Shown here: positions 20,545 through 29,727 of the stretch, piece by piece
Position numbering within the stretch: position 1 is the stretch's first letter
How the letters are laid out: the number at the start of each line of letters is the position of its first letter
Source of the DNA: Dehalococcoidia bacterium
GTDB taxonomy: Bacteria > Chloroflexota > Dehalococcoidia > UBA2979
Direction: 5' to 3'
Assembly (NCBI GenBank): GCA_965219085.1
Contig: OZ244720.1
Location: forward strand, 2,208,001 to 2,272,000
Length of the DNA: 64,000 bases
Translations under genes and position numbers: made by a program
The notes under the pieces: generated by a model
Told to the model about the DNA's origin: nothing
Databases searched by the model: none
What the model saw: the letters and a program-made list of their open reading frames with translations, nothing else

Positions 20545-21828
20545 CTACACGATCGCGCCCGCTGCGCGCAGATCGGCGATTTCCTCGTCGCCCACGCCGA
20601 CCTCATGCAGCACCTCGTCGGTGTGCTGCCCGAGTGGAGGTGAGGCGAGGGTGTTGTCGGCGGGCGTCCCGGCCATCGTCACCGCCGGCCCGACCATCAA
20701 CTCCGGCCCCGTGGTCGCGTGCTCGACCTCCATCATGTAGCCCATGGCCTGCACCTGCGGATCCTCGGACATCATGTCGGGGATGTTCACCTTCGAGACC
20801 GGGGCGCCCTCGGCGTCGAACCGCTCGATCCACTCGTCCATCGTTCGGGTGAGCATGATGGCGCGGATCCGCTCGTACACCTCGTCGACCTGCGCGTTGG
20901 CGTCCGGGGCGAACGCGTCGAAGTTCTCGTCGGCGGTGGGATCCTCGTCGATGCCGATGGCGCGCCGCATCTGGTCGCGGTTCGCGGGGGTGAGCGCGCC
21001 GAGGACGATGCCGCCGTCCTCGACGACGTACCCGCCGTAGTACAGGCGGCCTGCGCTGTAGCCGAGCGCCGAGAACAGGTCGCCGCGTGCCTGCAGCACG
21101 TCCTGGTACGAGCCGCCAGCCTCCTGCACGTCGCGGATCCGTTGGCGCACCTGGTCACCGACCATCGCCTCGTAGACCGGCACGCGGCTCACGACGTAGT
21201 TCTGCACGGCGAGGGCGACCTGCAGCAGCGAGCTCTCGAGGTACTGGCCCTCGCCGGTGCGCTCACGGTGGAACAGCGCCGCGCAGATCCCCATCGCCCC
21301 GGCCATGCCCGCCGTGAAGTCGCCCGGCGCGGTCGCCGAGATCGCGTCTGGCGCGCCGAATTCGTTGACCTTCGCATCGCCGGCCATTAGCCCGGAGTAC
21401 GCTTGCGCGACGATATCGGAGCCCGAGCGCTGCGCGCTGGGCCCGGAGCGTCCGAAGCCGCTGTTCTCGAAGTAGACGAGGTCCGGCCGGTACTGCCGCA
21501 GCGTGTCGTAGTCCACGCCGAGCCGCTCGGGGACGCCGGGCCGCGAGTTGATGACGAATACGTCGAATGACGGGATGATGCGATGCACCAGTTCCCGCCC
21601 GCGCTCGTGCGCGAGGTCGATCACCAGGCTGCGCTTGCCGCGGTTGAGCGTGTGGAAGAACTTGCTCTCGCCCGGGGCGAACGCGGCCGAGAGGCGCGTG
21701 CCGTCGCCCGAGGGCGGTTCGACCTTGATCACGTCGGCCCCGAGGTCGGCGAGATTGAGGCCGCAGAAGGGCCCGGCGAGAATTTGCGTGACCTCGAATA
21801 CCCTGATGCCGTCGAGCGCTCCGCCCAT
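20545..21828 (-). CDS. Class III (CaiB/BaiF) CoA transferase
   Basis: LDGIRV, AGPFCG..LADLGADVIKVEPP, NRGKRS, APGDFTAG, PPLGQHTDEVL. Confidence 0.92.
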   Translation of the reverse strand: MGGALDGIRVFEVTQILAGPFCGLNLADLGADVIKVEPPSGDGTRLSAAFAPGESKFFHTLNRGKRSLVIDLAHERGRELVHRIIPSFDVFVINSRPGVPERLGVDYDTLRQYRPDLVYFENSGFGRSGPSAQRSGSDIVAQAYSGLMAGDAKVNEFGAPDAISATAPGDFTAGMAGAMGICAALFHRERTGEGQYLESSLLQVALAVQNYVVSRVPVYEAMVGDQVRQRIRDVQEAGGSYQDVLQARGDLFSALGYSAGRLYYGGYVVEDGGIVLGALTPANRDQMRRAIGIDEDPTADENFDAFAPDANAQVDEVYERIRAIMLTRTMDEWIERFDAEGAPVSKVNIPDMMSEDPQVQAMGYMMEVEHATTGPELMVGPAVTMAGTPADNTLASPPLGQHTDEVLHEVGVGDEEIADLRAAGAIV

Positions 21829-21930
21829 GATCCCTCTCTCCCGGCGACTGGCGCGCCGCTTCCATCGATGTGGGGCAGCGTGTCTGACGCTGGCCCCGCC
21901 TCCGGTTCAGCGCGAGCCTAACGGAGACCG

Positions 21931-23187
21931 ATGAGCGTGCGCATCCACCAGGGCGTCGTCATTGCGTTCGTCGTCTTCCTGGCGTTCACGCTCACCGTCG
22001 GGATCACGCAGTACTCGTTCGGCGTGTTCGTCACCGAGATCGAGGCCGACCTGGGGTGGAGCCGCGCGGAGATCACGGCCGCCGTCTCGTTCTTCGCGCT
22101 GGCGGGCATTGCCGCACTGCCGGCGGGTTGGCTCCTCGATCGCTACGGCGCGCGGCCGGTGATGGCGGTCTCGATCGCCGCGCTCGCCGTCAGCCAGATC
22201 CTGCGGCCCTGGATGACCGAGGTGTGGCAGTTCTACGCGCTCAGCGCGCTCCAGTTCGCGGCCATGCCCGGCGCCGTCATCATCACCGCGGGCCGCGTCG
22301 TCGGTGAGTGGTTCGAGGAGAACCGCGGGCGGGCAATGGGGCTGACCGCGATGGGCGCGAACTTCGGCGGCATCATCTTCGCCTCGCTCACGGCCACGCT
22401 CATCACCACCATCGGCTGGCGCGCCTCCTACTTCGTGTACGGCCTGCTCTTCGCCGCGCTCGTCCCGGTCGTGCTCATCGTCGTGCGCGACCGGCCGCGC
22501 GCAGCACCCGCGGCAGGCGAACCGGCCGGTGACCGCAACGCCATGATCGCGGGCGCGACGGTCCGCGAGGCGCTGCGCAGCCGCACGTTCTGGCTGGTGA
22601 CGCTGGCGCTGGTGCTGGTCACCATGACCTACGGCGCCGTGCTGCCGCAGGTCGTCCCGCACCTCGAGAACGAGGGCGTGCCCAAGGCCGAGGCGGCCGC
22701 GGCGCTGAGCCTGTTCGCGCTGTTCGGGATGTGCGGCAAGGTCTCGTTCGGCTGGATGACCGAGCGCCTGCCGTCACGCTACGTGATGACCGCTTGCATC
22801 GGCTGCCAGGTGACGGGCCTGTGGGTGCTGCTCGCGGCGGGTTCGGCGTCGTGGTTCTGGGCGGCCGTGCCGGTGTTCGGACTCGGTTTCGGCGCGCTCG
22901 GCGCGGTGATGCCGCTGCTGGTGCAGGAGACGTTCGGGCTGCGCGCCTTCGGGACGATCTTCGGGCTCATCAACTTCGCGACGCTCGGCTCCGCGCTCGC
23001 GGGCCCGTTGTTCGTCGGCGCCTCGTTCGAGGCGACGGGGTCGTACCGGTTCGCCTTCATGACGCTCTCGGTGATCTTCGTCTTCGCGGCCGTGACCGTC
23101 GCCTTCGCGGGGCCGTACACCGGCGCCTCGATGCGCCCCTCGGCCGCGTCGGCCGCCGCCGAGCGCGCCGCCGCCGACGCGTCGTAG
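21931..23187 (+). CDS. MFS transporter
   Basis: About 12 TM segments; motif A GWLLDRYGARP; WFEENRGRAMG. Confidence 0.9.
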   Translation: MSVRIHQGVVIAFVVFLAFTLTVGITQYSFGVFVTEIEADLGWSRAEITAAVSFFALAGIAALPAGWLLDRYGARPVMAVSIAALAVSQILRPWMTEVWQFYALSALQFAAMPGAVIITAGRVVGEWFEENRGRAMGLTAMGANFGGIIFASLTATLITTIGWRASYFVYGLLFAALVPVVLIVVRDRPRAAPAAGEPAGDRNAMIAGATVREALRSRTFWLVTLALVLVTMTYGAVLPQVVPHLENEGVPKAEAAAALSLFALFGMCGKVSFGWMTERLPSRYVMTACIGCQVTGLWVLLAAGSASWFWAAVPVFGLGFGALGAVMPLLVQETFGLRAFGTIFGLINFATLGSALAGPLFVGASFEATGSYRFAFMTLSVIFVFAAVTVAFAGPYTGASMRPSAASAAAERAAADAS

Positions 23188-23203
23188 CCCGGCGTCCACG
23201 CGA

Positions 23204-23231
23204 AGGGGCGGCGCCTCACGACGCCGCCCCT
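23204..23231. terminator. GC-rich hairpin after each binding-protein gene (copies near 25390, 27527, 29675, 31841)
   Basis: AGGGGCGGCG-CCTC(A/G)CGA-CGCCGCCCCT about 25 nt downstream of each stop; no clear U-tract, so it may stabilise mRNA rather than terminate. Confidence 0.55.
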
Positions 23232-23256
23232 CGTGGTGTCTGCCGTGGTTCGCTCC

Positions 23257-25152
23257 CTACTTGTCGATCCAGGTGTTGTACGCCTCGTACCCGGTGTCGA
23301 GGTACATGTGTCCGCTGCCGGGCGAACGCGCGTAGCGGAGGCCGCGCACCCACGGCTGTTGCAGCTGCGCGCTGTATCCGCTGGCCTTCGTGATGCGGTA
23401 GACCTGATCGAGCACGCGGTGCCAGACGTTGCGGGCGAGCTCCGTCCGCGTCTCGGGGTCGTTCTCGACCTGGTGCTGCTCGGCCCACGCGTCGATCTGC
23501 GGGTCGTTGATGCGGTTTCGGTTGCCCGACGACTCCGAGTGATTGATCCCGTAGACGTAGTGGTCGGGATACGCCAGCTGGGCGACCCAGCCGTCGTACG
23601 TGTCTGTGGTGCCCGACCGCGTGGTCCACTGCGAGTTGTACTCGTTGTAGTCGCGGCTGCTCAGGTTGAGCTTGATGCCGACCCTGCTGAACTGGTCGAG
23701 CCAGACCTCGTTGGGGAGGCTGTTCGAGGTGTTGCTGTAGTTGTAGTACATCATCTCGAACTCGAGGTCGCTGGCGCCCGCGGCGTCGAGCAACTTCTTG
23801 GCCTCGGCGGGGTCGTAGCGCCACCAGTTGCCGAGCACCCCGGACTCCGGCGTCGGCTCATCCTCCCAGAAGAACCGCCAGTCCATCTGCGGCAGGATGA
23901 CGCCCGCGCCCGAGTAGATGATGTCCAGCATCTCATCGCGGTCGTAGGCGAGCGAGAGCGCACGCCGGATCCGCACGTCCTCCCAGCGCGGCAGGTCCAT
24001 GTTGAACGTCAGCGCGAGCGTCGACGAGAACAGCGGGTTCCCGAAGTACTGCGTGTCGGGATTGGTGTCGAGGATCTTCTCAAGGTCGTCGGAGGTCGCG
24101 GCGGAGAGCCCGAAGTCGTGCCTCCCGACGCGGAACTGCGCCTCCGCGGCGGCGAGATCGAGTACGAAGGGCAGCTCAAAGCGGTCGATCTTGACGGGGC
24201 CCCGGAAGTAGTCGGGGTTCTTGTTGAAGGCCCCGCCGACGCCTCCGGTCCAGTCCTCGACGATCATCGGGCCGGTGCCGATCCCCTTCGTCAGAATCTC
24301 CCCGCTATCGACGAGCTCCGGTCCGTGGACCGTGCTGAACGGGGTGGAGAGCGGGAAGATGAAGTCCGGGGTCGGCTGCCTCAGCTTGATCACGATCGTC
24401 GCATTGTCTGGAGCTTCGATCGACGTGACGTGCGCGAAGTTCGAGCGGTGCGGGCTTCCCGTTTCCGAGTAGCGATCAAACGAGTACTTCACGTCCTGCG
24501 CTGTCAGCTCACGCCCGTTCACCGGCGCGACGTTCTGGAACTTGACGCCCGGCTGCATGTGGAAGGTGTATGTGAGCCCGTCCTCGGAGATCTCCCAGGC
24601 CTCCGCCAGCTCCGGTACGAGGTCGTTGCGGGCGTACGGATCGGAGTCCCAGCCGCTGTAGACGCCGATCAGGCGGTTGTAGATGAGGTTGACGCCCGTC
24701 ATCGTCCCACCGGCCGCGGCAATCGCAGGATCGAGTGGGCCGGGGTCGAAAGTGAAGCGCTGCACGAGCGTGCCGCCGAACTTCACGGGCTTGTCGGGCT
24801 CCTCGATCTGCCACGGCACGAAGCGCCCTGCGGCAGTCGTGAAGCCGGTGGCTCGCTTGATCGTCGCGACCGTGTCCTCGGCTTCTACGTCCTCTTCGGT
24901 CTCGGCCACCTTCGCGACGCCTTCTTCCGCATCGTCGGCATCGTCGCTGTCCGTCGTCGTGTCCTGGGTGGTGGTGGTGGTCGTCGTCGTCGTGGCGCCG
25001 GTGTCGTCATCGTCGTCGTCGTCACCGCCGCAGCCGATGAGGGCGGCGGCGGCAAGGCCGAGGCCGCCGAGGAGCCCTCCCCGTAGCAGTACTCGCCGGT
25101 CGACGGTGATGCCGAATGGATCGTGACGCGTCGCGTCGTGGTCGTCTGACAC
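23257..25152 (-). CDS. Family 5 ABC substrate-binding protein, Tat lipoprotein (array copy A)
   Basis: RRVLLRGG...AAALIGC; PELAEAWEISEDGLTYTF, GTGP, DVRIRRALSLA; GTG start with GGAGG RBS. Confidence 0.9.
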   Translation of the reverse strand: MSDDHDATRHDPFGITVDRRVLLRGGLLGGLGLAAAALIGCGGDDDDDDDTGATTTTTTTTTQDTTTDSDDADDAEEGVAKVAETEEDVEAEDTVATIKRATGFTTAAGRFVPWQIEEPDKPVKFGGTLVQRFTFDPGPLDPAIAAAGGTMTGVNLIYNRLIGVYSGWDSDPYARNDLVPELAEAWEISEDGLTYTFHMQPGVKFQNVAPVNGRELTAQDVKYSFDRYSETGSPHRSNFAHVTSIEAPDNATIVIKLRQPTPDFIFPLSTPFSTVHGPELVDSGEILTKGIGTGPMIVEDWTGGVGGAFNKNPDYFRGPVKIDRFELPFVLDLAAAEAQFRVGRHDFGLSAATSDDLEKILDTNPDTQYFGNPLFSSTLALTFNMDLPRWEDVRIRRALSLAYDRDEMLDIIYSGAGVILPQMDWRFFWEDEPTPESGVLGNWWRYDPAEAKKLLDAAGASDLEFEMMYYNYSNTSNSLPNEVWLDQFSRVGIKLNLSSRDYNEYNSQWTTRSGTTDTYDGWVAQLAYPDHYVYGINHSESSGNRNRINDPQIDAWAEQHQVENDPETRTELARNVWHRVLDQVYRITKASGYSAQLQQPWVRGLRYARSPGSGHMYLDTGYEAYNTWIDK

Positions 25153-25443
25153 TGCCTGTCCTCCCTGGCGGGAGTCATCGAAGCTGACCCCGCCGGTTGT
25201 GTGCGAGCGATACCGGCTACCGATCCTCAGCCAACACGGCATCGGAATGGCCGGATCGCAGCGGCATCATAACAGGCGCGCACAGACGGAACGCCGGACA
25301 CGGGCCGGGAGCATGCGTGCAAGCCCGTGGCGAGCCCACCGCAGCGCCCACGGGACGAGCGAAAGGAACGTTCGAGGGTCAACGGGCGGGGGGCGGCGCC
25401 TCGCGACGCCGCCCCTCGTCGTGGTGTCTGCGCTACTCCCTCA

Positions 25444-27291
25444 CTACTTGTCGATCCAGCTGTTGTACGCCTCGTATCCGGTGTCGAGGTAGTGGTGTCC
25501 GCTGCCGGCCCCGCGAGAATAGCGAAGGCCGCGTACCCAGGGCTGCATCAGGTTCGCCCTGTACCCGATCGACTTTGTGATGCGGTAGACCTGGTCCAGC
25601 ACGCGGTCCCAGACGTTGCGGGCGAGTTCCAACCGCACATCCGGGTCGAGTTCGACCTGGTGTTGCGCGGCCCAGGTGTCGATCTGCGGGTCGTTGATGC
25701 GGTTGCGGTTGCCCGACGACGCCGAGTGGTTCAGGCCGTAGACGAAGTGGTCGGCGAACGCGGCGTTGGAAGCCCAGCCGTCGTACGTGTCGACGGTGCC
25801 CGAGCGCGTGGTCCACTGCGAGTTGTACTCGTTGTAGTCTCGGCTGCTCAGGTTGAGCTTGACCCCGATCCTGCTGAACTGGTCGAGCCAGACCTCGTTC
25901 GGGAGGCTGTTCAAGACGTTGCTGTAGTTGTAGTACATCATCTCGAACTCGAGGTCGGAGGCGCCGGCCGCGTCGAGCAGCTTCTTGGCCTCGTCGGGGT
26001 CGTAGCGCCACCAGTTGCCGAGCACCCCGGATTCCGCCGTGGGCTCCTCCTCCCAGAAGAACCGCCAGTCCATCTGCGGCAGGACCACGCCAGCGCCCGA
26101 GTAGATGATGTCGAGCATCTCCTCGCGGTCGTAGGCCAGCGAGAGCGCACGCCGGATGCGCACGTCCTCCCAGCGCGGCAGGTCCATGTTGAACGTCAGC
26201 GCGAGCCCCCCGACGAACAAGGGGTTCGCGAAGTACTGCGTGTCCGGGTTCGTGTCCAGGATCTTCTCGAGGTCGTCGGACGTTTCCGCTGTGAGCCCGT
26301 AGTCGTGCCTCCCGACGCGGAACTGCGCCTGCGCGGCCGCCAGGTCGAGCGCGAAGGGCACGTCCCAGCGGTCGATCTTGACCGGGCCCCGGAAGTAGTC
26401 GGGGTTCTTGTCGAAAGCCCCGCCGTCGCCGCCCCTCCAGAAGTCGAGGATCATCGGGCCGGTGCCCACCGCCTTTGTCAGGATCTCCCCGCTGTCGACG
26501 AGTTCCGGCCCGTGGACCGTGCTGTAGGCGGTCGCGAGCGGGAAGATGAAGTCCGGCGTCGGCTGCTGGAGCGTGACTACCACCGTCGCAGCGTCTACCG
26601 CCTCGATCGAGCTGACCAGCAGGAAGTTCGAGCGGTGCGGGCTCCCCGTCTCCGAGTAGCGATCGAACGAGAACTTCGCGTCGTGCGCGGTCAACTCGCG
26701 ACCGTTCATCGGCTCGACGTTCTGGAACTTGACTCCCGGCTGCACGTGGAAGGTGTAGGTGAGCCCGTCTTCTGAGATCTCCCAGCTCTCCGCCAGCTCG
26801 GGCACGAGTTCGTTGCGGGCGTACGGGTCAGAATCCGCTCCGCTGTAGACGCCGAGCAGGCGGTTGTAGACCGCGTTCACCCCCGTCATCGTTCCCCCCG
26901 CGGCAGCGATGGCTGGGTCCAGCGGGCCGGGATCAAACGTGAAGCGCTGGGTGAGCGTGCCTCCGAACTTCGGTGGCGTGGCGGGCTCCTCGATCTGGAA
27001 CGGCACGAAGCGCCCGGCTGCGGTGGTGAAGCCGCTCGCCCGCTCGATCGTGGCGACGGTGTCCTCGGCCTCGACGGTCTCCGCCGGCGCGGCCGCCTCG
27101 TCGTCGGCGACTTGCGTGGCCGGGGCGACGGCTGCCGCCTCGTCGTCGTCATCGTCGTCGTCGCCGCCGCAGCCGATGAGGGCCGCGGCAGCAAGGCCGA
27201 GGCCGCCGAGGAGCCCTCCCCGTAGCAGTACTCGCCGGTGGACGGTGATGCCGAATGGATCGTGACGCGTCGCGTCGTGGTCGTCTGTCAC
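25444..27291 (-). CDS. Family 5 ABC substrate-binding protein, Tat lipoprotein (array copy B)
   Basis: Paralogue of copy A with the same motifs. Confidence 0.9.
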   Translation of the reverse strand: MTDDHDATRHDPFGITVHRRVLLRGGLLGGLGLAAAALIGCGGDDDDDDDEAAAVAPATQVADDEAAAPAETVEAEDTVATIERASGFTTAAGRFVPFQIEEPATPPKFGGTLTQRFTFDPGPLDPAIAAAGGTMTGVNAVYNRLLGVYSGADSDPYARNELVPELAESWEISEDGLTYTFHVQPGVKFQNVEPMNGRELTAHDAKFSFDRYSETGSPHRSNFLLVSSIEAVDAATVVVTLQQPTPDFIFPLATAYSTVHGPELVDSGEILTKAVGTGPMILDFWRGGDGGAFDKNPDYFRGPVKIDRWDVPFALDLAAAQAQFRVGRHDYGLTAETSDDLEKILDTNPDTQYFANPLFVGGLALTFNMDLPRWEDVRIRRALSLAYDREEMLDIIYSGAGVVLPQMDWRFFWEEEPTAESGVLGNWWRYDPDEAKKLLDAAGASDLEFEMMYYNYSNVLNSLPNEVWLDQFSRIGVKLNLSSRDYNEYNSQWTTRSGTVDTYDGWASNAAFADHFVYGLNHSASSGNRNRINDPQIDTWAAQHQVELDPDVRLELARNVWDRVLDQVYRITKSIGYRANLMQPWVRGLRYSRGAGSGHHYLDTGYEAYNSWIDK

Positions 27292-27580
27292 TGCGTGTCC
27301 TCCCTGGCGGGAGTCCTCGCTGTCTGCCCCCGCCGGTGTGTAGCGATGCCGGCCACCGATCCTCAGCCAACACGGCATCGGGATGGCCAGATCGCAGCCG
27401 CATCATAACAGTCGCGTATAGACAGAACGCTGAATCCCACTGCCCGGGAGCATGCGTGCAAGCCCGTGGCGAGCCCACCGGAGCACCCACGGGACGAGCG
27501 CGAGGAACGTTCGGGGGTCAACGAGCGGGGGGCGGCGCCTCGCGACGCCGCCCCCTCGTGATGCCTGCCCTGACCCCTCG
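27292..27580. repeat. Near-identical intergenic repeat (also about 29441-29727; diverged copies at 25153-25443 and 31615-31893)
   Basis: Long identical stretches such as cataacagtcgcgtatagacagaacgctgaatcccactgcccgggagcatgcgtgcaagcccgtggcgagccc. Confidence 0.85.
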
Positions 27581-29440
27581 CTACTTGTCGAGCCAGGTGT
27601 TGTAGGCCTCGTACCCCGTGTCGAGGTACGAGTGTCCGCTGCCGGGCCCGCGAGAGTAGCGGAGGGCGCGCACCCACGGCTGCTGCAGCTGCGCGGTGTA
27701 CCCGCTCCCCTTCGTGATGCGCCACACCTGGTCCAGCACCCGGTGCCAGACGTTGCGGGCGAGCTCCAAACGCACCTCGGGGTCGAGCTCGACCTGATGC
27801 TTCGCGGCCCACGCGTCGATCTCGGGGTCGTTGATGCGGTTGCGGTTGCCCGATGACTCGGAGTGGTTCAGGCCGTACACGAAGTGATCGGCGAACGCCG
27901 CCTGTGAGGCCCATCCGTCGTACGTATCGACGGTGCCCGAGCGCGTGGTCCACTGCGAGTTGTACTCGTTGTAGTCGCGGCTGCTCAGCTTGAGCTTGAT
28001 CCCGATCCTGCTGAACTGGTCGAGCCAGACCTCGTTGGGGAGGCTGTTCGAGACGTTGCTGTAGTTGTAGTACATCATCTCGAACTCGAGGTCGGATGCG
28101 CCCGCCGCGTCGAGCAGCTTCTTGGCCTCGGCGGGGTCGTGGCGCCACCAGTTGCCGAGCACCCCGGACTCCGCCGTCGGCTCCTCCTCCCAGAAGAACC
28201 GCCAGTCCATCTGCGGCAGGACGACGCCCGCGCCTGAGTAGATGATGTCGATCATCTCTTCGCGGTCATAGGCGAGCGAGAGCGCGCGCCGGATGCGCAC
28301 GTCGTCCCAGCGCGGCAGGTCCATGTTGAACGTCAACGCGAGGCCCCCGACGAACAGCGGGTTCGCGAAGTACTGCGTGTCCGGGTTGGTCTCCACGATC
28401 TTCTCGATGTCGTCGGACGTCTGCGCGTAGATCCCGTAGTCGTGCCTGCCGACCCTGAACTGCGCCTCCGCGGCGGCCAGGTCGAGCACGAAGGGCAGCT
28501 CCCAGCGGTCGATCTTGACCGGGCCCCGGAAGTAGTCGGGGTTCTTGTCGAAGGCCCCACCGTCCCCACCCCTCCAGAAGTCGAGGATCATGGGGCCGGT
28601 GCCGATCGCCTTCGTCAGAATCTCTCCGCTATCAACGAGCTCCGGCCCGTGGACGGTGCTGTATGCGGCCGCGAGCGGGAAGATGAAGTCCGGCGTCGGC
28701 TGCTTGAGCCTGGTCACCAGCGTCGCGTCGTCTGGTGCCTCGATCGAGGTCACGTGCAGGAAGTTCGAGCGGTGCGGGCTCCCCGTCTTCGCGTAGCGAT
28801 CGAACGAGAACTTCGCGTCGCGTGCGGTCAGCTCACGCCCGTTCACCGGCGCGACGTTCTGGAACTTGACCCCCGGACGGAAGTGGAAGGTGTACGCCAG
28901 CCCGTCCTCGGAGGTCTCCCAGGACTCCGCCAGCTCGGGCACGAGCTCGTTGCGGGCGTACGGGTCAGAGTCCCATCCGCTGTAGACGCCGAGCACGCGG
29001 TTGTAGACCGCGTTCACCCCCGTCATCGTCCCGCCCGCCGCGGCGATGGCCGGGTCGAGCGGACCGGGGTCGAACGTGAAGCGCTGGACCAGGGTGCCGC
29101 CGAACTTCGGCGGCGTGTCGGGCTCCTCGATCTGCCATGGCACGAAGCGCCCTGCTGTCGTGGTGAAGCCCGTTGCCCGTTTGATCGTCGCGACCGTGTC
29201 CTCGGCCTCGACCGTCGCCTCCGTCTCGGCCACCTTCGCGGCGCCGTCGCTGTCCGTCGTCGCGGCCTGGGTGGTGGTGGTCGTCGTGCTGGTGTCGTCA
29301 TCGTCGTCGTCGCCGCCGCAGCCGATGAGGGCCGCGGCGGCAAGGCCGAGGCCGCCGAGGAGCCCTCCCCGTAGCAGTACTCGCCGGTCGATGGTGATGC
29401 CGAATGGATCGTGACGCGTCGCGTCGTGGTCGTCTGTCAC
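27581..29440 (-). CDS. Family 5 ABC substrate-binding protein, Tat lipoprotein (array copy C)
   Basis: Paralogue of copies A and B. Confidence 0.9.
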   Translation of the reverse strand: MTDDHDATRHDPFGITIDRRVLLRGGLLGGLGLAAAALIGCGGDDDDDDTSTTTTTTQAATTDSDGAAKVAETEATVEAEDTVATIKRATGFTTTAGRFVPWQIEEPDTPPKFGGTLVQRFTFDPGPLDPAIAAAGGTMTGVNAVYNRVLGVYSGWDSDPYARNELVPELAESWETSEDGLAYTFHFRPGVKFQNVAPVNGRELTARDAKFSFDRYAKTGSPHRSNFLHVTSIEAPDDATLVTRLKQPTPDFIFPLAAAYSTVHGPELVDSGEILTKAIGTGPMILDFWRGGDGGAFDKNPDYFRGPVKIDRWELPFVLDLAAAEAQFRVGRHDYGIYAQTSDDIEKIVETNPDTQYFANPLFVGGLALTFNMDLPRWDDVRIRRALSLAYDREEMIDIIYSGAGVVLPQMDWRFFWEEEPTAESGVLGNWWRHDPAEAKKLLDAAGASDLEFEMMYYNYSNVSNSLPNEVWLDQFSRIGIKLKLSSRDYNEYNSQWTTRSGTVDTYDGWASQAAFADHFVYGLNHSESSGNRNRINDPEIDAWAAKHQVELDPEVRLELARNVWHRVLDQVWRITKGSGYTAQLQQPWVRALRYSRGPGSGHSYLDTGYEAYNTWLDK

Positions 29441-29727
29441 TGCGTGTCCTCCCCCGGCGCGAGTCCACGTAACTGCCCCCGCCGGTGTACCGCGATGCCA
29501 GCCCCGATCCTCAGCCAACACGGCATCGGGATGGCCGGATCGCAGTCGCATCATAACAGTCGCGTATAGACAGAACGCTGAATCCCACTGCCCGGGAGCA
29601 TGCGTGCAAGCCCGTGGCGAGCCCGCCGGAGCACCCACGGGACGAGCGCGAGGAACGTTTGGGGGTCAACGAGCGGGGGGCGGCGCCTCGCGACGCCGCC
29701 CCTCGTGATGCCTGCCCTGACCCCTCG

